NCBI RefSeq assembly: GCF_018986915.1
Contig: NZ_CP076723.1
Span: 644,631 to 676,630 of the forward strand
From: Geomonas oryzisoli
GTDB taxonomy: Bacteria > Desulfobacterota > Desulfuromonadia > Geobacterales > Geobacteraceae
Length of the DNA stretch: 32,000 nucleotides
Reading direction: 5' to 3'
Position numbers and translations under genes: made by a program. The notes under the pieces were generated by a model. That model made no database searches. It was given only the letters and a program-made list of their open reading frames with translations, and was not told the DNA's origin. Below are positions 1-8,390 of the stretch, piece by piece. Positions within the stretch are counted from its first letter, which is position 1. Every line of letters begins with the position of its first letter.

Positions 1-759
1 GCCGCGCCGCCTGAACCGGCCCAGCAGCCCAAGGCTGCCGCGCCGCCCGCAGACCAATCCGGGCGCGTGGTGCGCAAACCGATGTCGCAGATCAGAAAGC
101 GCATCGCCGAGCGCCTGGTCTCGGTGCGCCAGCACACCGCCATGCTCACCACCTTCAACGAGGTGGACATGAGCGAGGTCATGAAACTCAGGAAAAAGCA
201 CGGCGAGCATTTCCAGAAGCGCCACAACGTGAAGCTGGGCTTCATGTCCCTTTTCGTGCGCGCCTGCTGTGCCGCTTTGCAGGAATTTCCGGAGGTGAAC
301 GGCAGCATCGAGGGTGACGACATCGTCTACCACAACTACTGCGACATCGGCATCGCGGTCGGCAGCGAGCGCGGACTGGTGGTGCCGGTACTGCGGGGCG
401 CCGAGAAGCTGAGCCTGGCACAGATCGAGCAGAATATCGCCGACTTCGCGGAGAAAGTGCGCAGCAACCGGATCGCCCTCTCCGACCTCGAGGGGGGGAC
501 CTTCACCATCTCCAACGGCGGCATCTACGGCTCCATGCTCTCCACCCCCATCCTCAACCCGCCCCAGTCCGGCGTGCTCGGCATGCACAACATCCAGGAG
601 CGGGCGGTGGTGGTCGATGGCCAGGTCGTGGTCCGTCCCATGATGTACCTGGCCCTTTCTTACGATCACCGCATCGTGGACGGCAAGGGCGCCGTCGGTT
701 TCCTGAAGCGGGTCAAGGAATACATCGAGGATCCGGAGGAGATGCTGCTGGAGTGCTGA
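1..759 (+). CDS. sucB: Dihydrolipoamide succinyltransferase (E2 of the 2-oxoglutarate dehydrogenase complex), C-terminal part; the 5' end lies outside the window
   Basis: Frame 1 is open from base 1 ([16 protein letters not shown], an Ala/Pro linker) and runs into track ORF 67..759. It has the 2-oxoacid dehydrogenase acyltransferase catalytic domain with the active-site motif [10 protein letters not shown]. lpdA and lipB follow directly. Confidence 0.9.
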   Translation, partial: AAPPEPAQQPKAAAPPADQSGRVVRKPMSQIRKRIAERLVSVRQHTAMLTTFNEVDMSEVMKLRKKHGEHFQKRHNVKLGFMSLFVRACCAALQEFPEVNGSIEGDDIVYHNYCDIGIAVGSERGLVVPVLRGAEKLSLAQIEQNIADFAEKVRSNRIALSDLEGGTFTISNGGIYGSMLSTPILNPPQSGVLGMHNIQERAVVVDGQVVVRPMMYLALSYDHRIVDGKGAVGFLKRVKEYIEDPEEMLLEC

Positions 760-775
760 CCGGCATTAGCCGCGG

Positions 776-882
776 CCCCCTCCCCACCCCTCCCCCTCCG
801 GGGGCGGGAGCCGTTCTCTAGTCTGCGAAGACGGCGGGTCCATTCTCTCCTCCCCACGGAGGGGGGAGGCCGGGAGGGGGGC
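776..882. repeat. Inverted pair of G/C-rich GGGAGG-type palindromic intergenic elements (C-rich copy 776-812, G-rich copy 848-882)
   Basis: CCCCCTCCCCACCCCTCCCCCTCCGGGGGCGGGAG and CTCCTCCCCACGGAGGGGGGAGGCCGGGAGGGGGG are reverse-complement-related. The same family recurs at 5431-5527, with variants at 15477-15512 and 20948-20994. The pair sits just after the sucB stop codon. Confidence 0.7.
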
Positions 883-926
883 TCCCATGCAAACCTACGC
901 CGCACGTAAGCTTTTGGAGGGAAAAG

Positions 927-2333
927 ATGTCTGAAGAAACTTTCGATCTCATCGTCATCGGCGCCGGTCCCGGCGGTTACGTCGCCGCCATCAGGGGGGC
1001 GCAGCTCGGTATGAAGGTCGCCGTCGTGGAAAAGCGCGGCTCCATGGGCGGCGTCTGCCTGAACGAAGGGTGCATCCCCAGCAAGGCGCTCCTCGACTCC
1101 AGCGAACTCTACCACCTGGCCAAGGACCGCTTCGCCGTCCACGGCATCGAGGTGCAGCCGCCGACCCTCAACCTCGGCCAGATGATGGCGCGCAAGGATG
1201 ACGTGGTCAAAAAGCTCACCGACGGCATCGCCTTCCTCTTCAAGAAGAACAAGATCGTCAGCTTCCTCGGCACCGCGACCATGCTCTCCCCCGAAAACGG
1301 CACGCACCGCGTGGAAGTGAAAGGCGAGGAGACCAAGGTTATCAGCGCCAAGAAGGTCATCCTCGCTACCGGCAGTGAAGCTGTGCAGATCCCGACCATT
1401 CCCTTCGACGGCGAATCGGTGGTGAGCGCCCGCGAGGCGCTCTCGTTCCCCTCGGTTCCGGAGCACCTGCTGGTGGTGGGTGGCGGGTATATCGGCCTCG
1501 AGCTCGGCTCGGTCTGGTTGCGCCTGGGCGCCAAGGTGACGGTGGTGGAACTCCTTCCAAGGCTTGTGGCCGGCAGCGACGGCCAGGTGGCCGAAGCTCT
1601 GCTCCGTTCCCTGAAGAAACAGGGGATGACCTTCATGCTCGGGGCCAAGGTGGCCGGTGCGGAAAAGAAGGACGGCAAGCTCGTGGCGCGTGTCGAGACC
1701 GAGGGGGAGGCCAAGGAGATCTCCTGCGACAAAATCCTCGTGGCGGTGGGGCGCAGGCCGCTCACGGCAGGGCTGAATCTCGAAGGCCTGGGCATCGCCA
1801 TGGACGGCAGCCGCATCCGCGTCGACGCCGACTACGCCACCAACGTCGCCGGCATCTACGCCATCGGCGACCTGATCGCCGGTCCCATGCTGGCGCATAA
1901 GGCGATGGAGGAGGGGGCGGTCTGCGTGGAAAGGATGCACGGCGAACCGAGCCAGGTCGATTACGGCTGCATCCCAGGCGTCTGCTACACCTGGCCCGAG
2001 GCGGCCTCGGTGGGGAAGACCGAGGAGACCCTCAAGGAAGAGGGGATCGCCTACAAGGTGGGCAAGTTCAGCTTCATCGCCAACGGCCGCGCCAAGTGCA
2101 TGGATGAGACCGAAGGATTCGTGAAGCTCCTCACCGAGGCGGAAGGGGGACGGCTGCTCGGCGTGCATATCCTGGGGCCACGCGCCTCGGACATGATCGC
2201 CGAGGCGGTCACCGTGATGGCGTTCGGCGGCAGCGGCGAGGATATCGCCCTCACCGTGCACGGCCATCCCACCCTCTCCGAGGTGATGAAGGAGGCGGCG
2301 CTCGACCTGGACAAACGCGCCATCCACGGCTGA
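927..2333 (+). CDS. lpdA: Dihydrolipoyl dehydrogenase (E3)
   Basis: 468 aa. FAD-binding GAGPGGY motif, redox-active disulfide GGVCLNEGCIPSK, and C-terminal HGHPTLSE dimer-interface motif. An RBS-like GGAGGG lies upstream of the ATG. Confidence 0.94.
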   Translation: MSEETFDLIVIGAGPGGYVAAIRGAQLGMKVAVVEKRGSMGGVCLNEGCIPSKALLDSSELYHLAKDRFAVHGIEVQPPTLNLGQMMARKDDVVKKLTDGIAFLFKKNKIVSFLGTATMLSPENGTHRVEVKGEETKVISAKKVILATGSEAVQIPTIPFDGESVVSAREALSFPSVPEHLLVVGGGYIGLELGSVWLRLGAKVTVVELLPRLVAGSDGQVAEALLRSLKKQGMTFMLGAKVAGAEKKDGKLVARVETEGEAKEISCDKILVAVGRRPLTAGLNLEGLGIAMDGSRIRVDADYATNVAGIYAIGDLIAGPMLAHKAMEEGAVCVERMHGEPSQVDYGCIPGVCYTWPEAASVGKTEETLKEEGIAYKVGKFSFIANGRAKCMDETEGFVKLLTEAEGGRLLGVHILGPRASDMIAEAVTVMAFGGSGEDIALTVHGHPTLSEVMKEAALDLDKRAIHG

Positions 2334-2334
2334 C

Positions 2335-2952
2335 ATGGTGGTCCGCGACGTCGGCTGCATCGAGTACCGGGAGGCGCTCGCGCTGCAGGAGAGCCTGGTT
2401 CTCGAGGTACGAAATGGGGGCGCGGAGACGCTGCTCCTTCTGGAACACCATCCCGTCTATACCATCGGCGCCGGAGGCGACTCCGGCAACCTGCTCGACC
2501 CGGCGATAGAGGCGCACCGCGTCAACCGCGGCGGCGACGTCACCTACCACGGGCCGGGGCAACTGGTGGGATATCCCATTCTCGACCTGGGGCGGCGCGG
2601 GCGCGACCTGCACCGCTACCTTCGTTTTTTGGAGCAGTTCCTGGTGGAACTCTGCGGCAGCTTCGGCGTCGCCGGCTTCACCGTCCCGGGCAAGACCGGC
2701 GTCTGGACGTCCCGCGGCAAGATCGCCGCCATCGGCGTCGGCGTCAGGCAGTGGGTCTCCATGCACGGATTCTCGCTCAACGCGGCGGCCGACGTATCGC
2801 CTTTTGGCAGCATCAACCCCTGCGGCATGCCCGAGTGCCGCATCACCTCGCTCACCCTTGAGCGTCGGCAGGATATCACCGTACAGGAAGTGAAAGCCTT
2901 GGCCGGAGAACGATTCGAAGCGCTGCTCGAATCGAGCCTGCCACGCAGTTAA
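2335..2952 (+). CDS. lipB: Lipoyl(octanoyl) transferase
   Basis: 205 aa. LipB signature motifs LLLEHHPVYTIG and RGGDVTYHGPGQLVGYPIL are present. The ATG lies 1 nt after the lpdA stop (tgacATG), so the two genes are probably coupled. Confidence 0.93.
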   Translation: MVVRDVGCIEYREALALQESLVLEVRNGGAETLLLLEHHPVYTIGAGGDSGNLLDPAIEAHRVNRGGDVTYHGPGQLVGYPILDLGRRGRDLHRYLRFLEQFLVELCGSFGVAGFTVPGKTGVWTSRGKIAAIGVGVRQWVSMHGFSLNAAADVSPFGSINPCGMPECRITSLTLERRQDITVQEVKALAGERFEALLESSLPRS

Positions 2953-2981
2953 CCGTTGCCGTTGCTCGCAAGGAGGCTCCC

Positions 2982-5417
2982 ATGTCCGAAACCGATTGCC
3001 GAGTCCCCGTAGAGAAGCTCCGCTGGGTCTGCGATCCCGCCCTGTTCAATTTCAAGACCACCGAAGAGATAGCCAACCTGGAGGGGAACATCACCCAGGA
3101 CCGGGCCCTGGCCGCCATCGAGTTCGGCCTGGGGATGTCCAACAACGGCTTCAACATCTACCTGGCCGGCGAGCCCGGCACCGGCAGGACCTCCACCATC
3201 CGGCAGATGCTGAAGAAGTTCGTCAAGGACACCTGCCCCCCCAGCGACTGGTGCTACGTCAACAATTTCCACACCCCGGACGCGCCCCTGGCCATTGCCC
3301 TCCCCGCCGGAATGGGGCGCGCTTTCGCCGCGGACATGCGCGAGCTTTTGGACTACATGCGCGCCAACGTCCCCACTGCGCTGGAGAGCAAGGAGTACGA
3401 GACCAACCGCGTCTCCATCATCGAGCGCTTCCAGGAGCGAAACGGCGAGATCTTTTCCGACCTGGAGCAGGAGGCGGGGGAGAAGGGCTTCGCCCTGCAG
3501 CGCACCGTCTCCGGCCTGGTGATCGTGCCGCAGAAGGAGGGGCGCAACTTCACCCAGGAGGAGTACGAGGCGCTCGAGAAGGATGAGCGGGAAAAGCTGG
3601 ATACGGTGGGGCGCGAGCTGACCGAGAAGCTGAACGACGCGCTGCGCCAGGTACGCGAGAACGAGAAGGCGCTCAGGGACGCCCTGGCGCAGCTGGACCG
3701 CGAGCTGGGGCTCTCAGCGGTCGGGCACCACCTGAACCCGCTCAAGGAGAAGTACCAGGGATTCGGGAAGGTTCAGCAGTACCTGGAAGACGTCCAGGAG
3801 GATCTGCTTCTGAACCTGGAGGACTTCAAGCCGCAGGTCGCCCCGCCGCAGATCCCGGGGCTCAAGATCCCCAAGCAGGAGCCCACCTTCGAGCGCTACG
3901 AGGTGAACGTCCTGGTGGAGAACAACCCGGACAACGGCGCGCCTGTCATCTTCGAGTCCAACCCGACCTACAACAACCTCTTCGGGCGCATCGAGAACAT
4001 CATGCAGATGGGAGGAATGGCGACCACCAACTTCACCCTGATCAAGCCGGGTGCCCTGCACCGGGCCAACGGCGGCTACCTCATCCTGGATGCGCGCGAG
4101 GTGCTGATCAACCCCTTCGCCTGGGAATCGCTCAAACGCTGCATCAGGAACATGGAGATCAAGATCGAGGACGTCCTGGAGCAGTACCGCTTCATGACCG
4201 TGGTCTCGCTCAAGCCCGAGCCGGTCCCGCTCAACGCCAAGATCATCATGATCGGCTCGCTCTGGATCTATTACCTGCTCTACTACCTGGAGCCCGACTA
4301 CAGAAAGTTCTTCAAGGTGAAGGCCGACTTCGACAGCCAGATCAACCGCACCCCCGAGGTGATGCAGGATTACGCCCTGTTCGTCGCCGCCCACTGCTGC
4401 AAGGAGGGGCTGCTCCCCTTCGACCCCACCGGCGTCGCCGCACTCCTGGAGCACGCCTCGCGCCTGGTTGAGGACCAGGACCGGCTCTCCTCCCAGTTCA
4501 TGGAGCTCTCCGACCTGATCCGCGAGTCGAGCTACTGGGCCAAGCGCGGCGGCGCGCAGGTGGTCGACCGCAGCTGGGTCAAGAGGGCGATTCACGAGAA
4601 GACCTACCGTTCCAACCGTATCGAGGAGAGGATCCAAGAGTACCTGGCCCAGGGGATCATCCTGTGCGACACCAAGGGGAGCGTCGTCGGGCAGATCAAC
4701 GGCCTTTCCGTGATCACCATGGGCGATTACACCTTCGGCCGCCCCTCGCGTCTCACCATCCGCGTTTCCCAAGGGCGCTCCGGCATGGTCAACATCGAGC
4801 GCGAGGTGAAGCTCTCCGGCCCGATCCACGACAAGGGCGTGCTGATCCTCACCGGGTACCTGGCCGGCAAGTTCGGGCAGGAACAGCCGCTCTCCTACTC
4901 CGCCCACATCTGTTTCGAGCAGTCCTACGAGGGGATCGAGGGGGACAGCGCCTCCTCGGCCGAGCTCTACGGGCTCCTTTCCGCGTTCTCCGGTCTCCCC
5001 GTGAAGCAGGGGATCGCCGTCACCGGCAGCGTCAATCAGCACGGGCAGATCCAGCCCATCGGCGGGGCGAACTACAAGATCGAGGGGTTCTTCGCCGTCT
5101 GCAAGGCGAAAGGGCTGACCGGTGAGCAGGGGGTGATCGTCCCGAAGATCAACGAACACAACCTGATGCTGAGCGACGAGGTGGTGCAGGCCGTCTCCGA
5201 CGGGATGTTCCACATCTGGAGCGTTTCCCAGGTGGAAGAGGGGATCGAGATCCTGACGGGTGTTCCCGCCGGCAAGGTCGGCGAGGACGGCGGCTATCCC
5301 GAGGGGACCGTCAACTTCCTGGTGCAGAAGAAGCTCAAGACCATGCTGGACAACATGCGCAAGCTGCAGCTCCAGGACAAGGAGGGGAAGGACGAGCCGG
5401 TGAAACTGCTGGAGTAG
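2982..5417 (+). CDS. Lon-like protease (AAA-like domain plus C-terminal Lon S16 protease domain) with deviant nucleotide-binding motifs
   Basis: 811 aa. P-loop-like GEPGTGRTS and Walker-B-like YLILDA. The C-terminal Lon-type Ser/Lys region has GDSASSAE...TGSVNQHGQIQPIGGANYKIEGF. An AGGAGG RBS precedes the ATG. Confidence 0.85.
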   Translation: MSETDCRVPVEKLRWVCDPALFNFKTTEEIANLEGNITQDRALAAIEFGLGMSNNGFNIYLAGEPGTGRTSTIRQMLKKFVKDTCPPSDWCYVNNFHTPDAPLAIALPAGMGRAFAADMRELLDYMRANVPTALESKEYETNRVSIIERFQERNGEIFSDLEQEAGEKGFALQRTVSGLVIVPQKEGRNFTQEEYEALEKDEREKLDTVGRELTEKLNDALRQVRENEKALRDALAQLDRELGLSAVGHHLNPLKEKYQGFGKVQQYLEDVQEDLLLNLEDFKPQVAPPQIPGLKIPKQEPTFERYEVNVLVENNPDNGAPVIFESNPTYNNLFGRIENIMQMGGMATTNFTLIKPGALHRANGGYLILDAREVLINPFAWESLKRCIRNMEIKIEDVLEQYRFMTVVSLKPEPVPLNAKIIMIGSLWIYYLLYYLEPDYRKFFKVKADFDSQINRTPEVMQDYALFVAAHCCKEGLLPFDPTGVAALLEHASRLVEDQDRLSSQFMELSDLIRESSYWAKRGGAQVVDRSWVKRAIHEKTYRSNRIEERIQEYLAQGIILCDTKGSVVGQINGLSVITMGDYTFGRPSRLTIRVSQGRSGMVNIEREVKLSGPIHDKGVLILTGYLAGKFGQEQPLSYSAHICFEQSYEGIEGDSASSAELYGLLSAFSGLPVKQGIAVTGSVNQHGQIQPIGGANYKIEGFFAVCKAKGLTGEQGVIVPKINEHNLMLSDEVVQAVSDGMFHIWSVSQVEEGIEILTGVPAGKVGEDGGYPEGTVNFLVQKKLKTMLDNMRKLQLQDKEGKDEPVKLLE

Positions 5418-5430
5418 GCAGGCGGCTTAT

Positions 5431-5527
5431 GCTCCTCCCCCCGGAGGGGGGAGGTTGGGAGGGGGGAAGCCTGCTGGACCGAGGTTGGATCCCCCTCCCT
5501 GGCCCTCCCCCTCCGGGGAGGGGACGA
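5431..5527. repeat. Inverted pair of G/C-rich GGGAGG-type palindromic elements (G-rich copy 5431-5466, C-rich copy 5490-5527)
   Basis: CTCCTCCCCCCGGAGGGGGGAGGTTGGGAGGGGGG and CCCCCTCCCTGGCCCTCCCCCTCCGGGGAGGGGACGAGG are reverse-complement-related. This is the same family as 776-882 but in mirrored order. Confidence 0.7.
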
Positions 5528-5626
5528 GGCTAAAACTGTTGTAACCTTTTCATCTTTTTGCTACCTTCCGAGGGCCGCGACCGCGGCCCTTGCCATTTCG
5601 CTAGCACGCCGCAAAGAGGTGACCTC

Positions 5627-6496
5627 TTGTCCAGACGCTGTTTCCTGATCGTGAACCCCACCTCGGGGACCTACTCCCAGCAGAAAGTCGATAGCATCAT
5701 GAAGGGGCTTACCGAGCGCGGCCTCGCGCCCGAACTCCTCCCCACCCAAAGCGCCGCCGACCCGGCCCGCTTCGCCGCCCGCATCTGCCGGGAAGAGAGC
5801 GATCCGCTCATCGTGGTGGCCGGGGGGGACGGCACTATCAACGGCGTGCTGAACGGCCTCGTTCCGGGAGCGGCCACGCTCGGCGTGGTCCCCTTGGGGA
5901 CGTCGAACGTGCTCGCGCGCGAACTGGAGATACACTCCGTCGACGACGCGCTGGACCGCCTCGCCCGAGGCGAAACGCGCCCCATATCGGTCGGAGAGAT
6001 AGTATGCGGCGGAGAACGCAGACGCTTCGTCCTCATGGCGGGGGTCGGCTTCGACGGAGCTGTGGTGCGCGACGTGCGCCTGTCCGAGAAAAGGGCGCTG
6101 GGGAAGGGGGCCTACGTGCTGTCCGCGCTGCGCGCCCTGTGGAATTGGGACGCCTCGCAATTGACCGTGACGGCAGGAGAGAAAAGCGTCGCCTGCCACG
6201 GCGTGATCGTCTGCAACGCCGCCAAGTACGGGGGAAACTTCAGACTGGCGCCCGAGGCCGACCTCTTCACCCCCGGGTTCCAGGTGCTCTGCATCAGCGG
6301 CGGTCGCCTCGCCTACCTGGGGCTCGCACTGGGGCTCTTGAACGGCACCGCGGTCTTCAGCAGCCATGTCACCTGCTTCACGGGGGAAGCCCTCGAGATC
6401 TCCGGTGAGAAGGCCGTGCAACTCGACGGCGACTACGTCTGCCCCACCCCGATTGCCGTCCGGACCGTCCCGGACTTGGTCCGGCTGGTGGTCTGA
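5627..6496 (+). CDS. Diacylglycerol kinase-family lipid kinase (YegS/BmrU-like)
   Basis: DAGK catalytic-domain motifs are present (FLIVNPTSG, VVAGGDGTINGVLNGL, PLGTSNV). I chose the TTG at 5627 as start because AAAGAGGTGA lies 5-6 nt upstream and it gives MSRRCFLIVNP. The track ORF start at 5558 has no RBS. Confidence 0.82.
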   Translation: MSRRCFLIVNPTSGTYSQQKVDSIMKGLTERGLAPELLPTQSAADPARFAARICREESDPLIVVAGGDGTINGVLNGLVPGAATLGVVPLGTSNVLARELEIHSVDDALDRLARGETRPISVGEIVCGGERRRFVLMAGVGFDGAVVRDVRLSEKRALGKGAYVLSALRALWNWDASQLTVTAGEKSVACHGVIVCNAAKYGGNFRLAPEADLFTPGFQVLCISGGRLAYLGLALGLLNGTAVFSSHVTCFTGEALEISGEKAVQLDGDYVCPTPIAVRTVPDLVRLVV

Positions 6497-6514
6497 GATA
6501 GCCGAGTTTTTTGG

Positions 6515-6543
6515 TTGACAAAGCCAGGGCGATATTGATTAAT
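6515..6543 (+). promoter_or_regulatory. Candidate sigma70-type promoter for the REC-PilZ gene
   Basis: TTGACA (6515-6520), 17-nt spacer, ATTAAT (6538-6543). Sequence match only. Confidence 0.35.
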
Positions 6544-6611
6544 GTGCGGGTACGACCCGTTCGGCATCATCCCGCGTGAACCGTCTTTCAATACCAGAGT
6601 GGGGGAGTGGC

Positions 6612-7325
6612 GTGGCTAAACCTAAGATCCTGTTGGTCGACGATACCAGATTGATTCTTGAGCTGGAGAAGAGCTTTCTCAAAGCCTCCCATGTCGATGT
6701 CCTCACCGCCGGCGACGGTGTCGAGGCGCTGGAACTGGTCCGTAAGGACGCTCCCGACCTGATCTTCATGGACGTGAACATGCCGCTCATGGACGGCATA
6801 ACCTGCTGCAGGCTCTTGAAGAGCGATCCCTTCCTTTCCGCCATCCCCGTCGTCATGCTTACCACCGCCGGCAACGATGAGGACCGCGAGCGCGCACAGC
6901 AGGCGGGCTGCAACGACTTCCTCACCAAGCCCATCGACCGCCGCCTCTTCCTCGACATGGCCCGCAGGTACACCGACGCCGTGGACCGGCGCGAGGTGCG
7001 CATCCCCTGTCACATCCCGGTACTGTTCCTCCTGCACGGCAGCCCCGTCGGCGCCAATGCCCTCGACATCGGTGACGGCGGCCTGTTCCTCGCCAGCCGC
7101 GAAGAGGTCCTCGTCAACCAGGAACTGCGGCTCGCCCTTTTTCTGGAGACGGAGCAGAGGCCGCTATTGGAACTGAAGGGGAGGGTGGCCTGGGTGAACC
7201 AGGAGGGGAAACGGGTGCATGCCGGCCTCCCCACCGGATTCGGGGTCGAGTTACTGGAGCCGGCGCAGTGGCAAAAGGACGAGCTGAAGAATTTTGTCGA
7301 GGCGGTGCGCACCCCTCAACCTTAG
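6612..7325 (+). CDS. Response regulator: CheY-like receiver domain fused to a C-terminal PilZ (c-di-GMP-binding) domain
   Basis: REC motifs: KILLVDD, DLIFMDVNMPLMDG, VVMLTT, KP. PilZ motifs: RREVRIP ... DIGDGGLFL. The start is ambiguous. The GTG at 6612 follows GGGGGAG, while the track start at 6576 (GTG) has no RBS. Confidence 0.85.
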   Translation: MAKPKILLVDDTRLILELEKSFLKASHVDVLTAGDGVEALELVRKDAPDLIFMDVNMPLMDGITCCRLLKSDPFLSAIPVVMLTTAGNDEDRERAQQAGCNDFLTKPIDRRLFLDMARRYTDAVDRREVRIPCHIPVLFLLHGSPVGANALDIGDGGLFLASREEVLVNQELRLALFLETEQRPLLELKGRVAWVNQEGKRVHAGLPTGFGVELLEPAQWQKDELKNFVEAVRTPQP

Positions 7326-7340
7326 CCTCAACCTGCTTCT

Positions 7341-8390
7341 CTACGGCGCAGCGAGGAGCGTCAGCCGGAACCAGAGCCAGGTCAGGAGGGCGGCACCCAG
7401 GTCGCCCCCCTTGTTGTCGATGAGCCGCCCCAGGAGGCGGTCGTAAAGGTCCAGGAACCTCCCCCCCCTCCCTTCTTCCTTAATCCCGCCGGTCAAAACA
7501 TCCAGAAAGAAAGCGATCTGCCAGGCGTTCCCCCGCACATAGGCTCCGGTGCGGCACCATAACCGGCGCCGTTCATGCGCCTCGAGCTCGGCCATGGCCT
7601 GCTGCAGCGGCTCCAGGAAGGGCTTGAGCTGCAGGCGCGCGGTGGCGTCCTGGCTGCGGTAACTCGTCTGCAGGCACCGGACCAGAGAAAGATGGCCGAT
7701 ATGGGCCAGGTTCATCAGGATGGCGTTGAGCGTCTGCCTGGGGAGAAGCCCCTCGGTCTGGAAGCGCCGCGGCGAGGTGGTGATGGCGGCGGGGAGGAGG
7801 AGCCAGCGTCCCTCCCGCCGCACCCGCTCGGCGAGGAAGGTGTCTTCCATGAGCGGAAGCGACGTGTCGTAGGGGCCGACCTGCGCGAAGAAGTCGCGAC
7901 GGATCAGAAACCCCTGGTCGCCGTGGGTGCATCCGGGGCGGTCCAGGGCGGCCTTGGCGCCGTAGAAGCGGTAGGGGAACGGGGTGGTGCCGGGGAAGCC
8001 GAAACGGAGGGCGAAGCGGCCGGCGACGCTTGCTCCGGAGCGAAGGGCCTCCCCGAGGGAATCAAGCGCCTTCCTGAGGGCGAGCGGGTCTTCGAAGCTG
8101 GAATCGATGTGCAGGAAGAGGAGGGTTTCGGCGCGGGCCGCGTCGGCGCCCCGGTTCAACTGTCTCCCTCGTCCCTTGGTCCCTTGGACCAGGGAGAGCG
8201 GGAAGGGGAGCCCGTCATGCAGCTTCTGCGCGATGGCAAGGGTGCGGTCGCTGGAAGCGCCGTCGGAGAGGATGACCTCCAGGCGTACCCCCTGCTGCCG
8301 GGCGAGTGCCGTGAGGAAGGAAGCCACGTTCCCCTCCTCGTTATAGACCGGCACTACGACCGACAGTTCGGGGCACGACTCATAGGGCAA
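7341..8390 (-). CDS. Family 2 glycosyltransferase with a C-terminal extension of roughly 110 aa
   Basis: 349 aa. The N-terminal GT2 signature is LSVVVPVYNEEGNV ... ILSDGASSDRT ... FLHIDS. The start overlaps the cheV stop by 11 nt. Confidence 0.8.
   Translation of the reverse strand: MPYESCPELSVVVPVYNEEGNVASFLTALARQQGVRLEVILSDGASSDRTLAIAQKLHDGLPFPLSLVQGTKGRGRQLNRGADAARAETLLFLHIDSSFEDPLALRKALDSLGEALRSGASVAGRFALRFGFPGTTPFPYRFYGAKAALDRPGCTHGDQGFLIRRDFFAQVGPYDTSLPLMEDTFLAERVRREGRWLLLPAAITTSPRRFQTEGLLPRQTLNAILMNLAHIGHLSLVRCLQTSYRSQDATARLQLKPFLEPLQQAMAELEAHERRRLWCRTGAYVRGNAWQIAFFLDVLTGGIKEEGRGGRFLDLYDRLLGRLIDNKGGDLGAALLTWLWFRLTLLAAP

Noticed and set aside
666-2360. 564-aa ORF antisense to lpdA
   Set aside because: It overlaps a textbook dihydrolipoyl dehydrogenase on the opposite strand. 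Its translation is Arg/Gly/His/Asp/Ala-rich low-complexity sequence typical of shadow ORFs in high-GC DNA, and it has no RBS.
3714-5213. 499-aa ORF antisense to the Lon-like protease gene, plus several alternate-frame ORFs at 2996-3586, 3295-3522 and 4664-5125
   Set aside because: These are shadow or off-frame ORFs inside a gene with clear domain motifs. Their composition is dominated by Arg/Pro/Gly/Asp.
5558-5626. N-terminal extensions suggested by the ORF track: 5558 for the lipid kinase, 13182 for greB, 13929 for PilZ, 17063 for the SBP, 18425 for the permease, 20358 for hisI, 29980 for pckG and 12111 for the cytochrome
   Set aside because: In each case an internal start has a proper RBS and gives the family-typical N-terminus. 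The extensions cover promoters, repeats or terminators and look non-coding.
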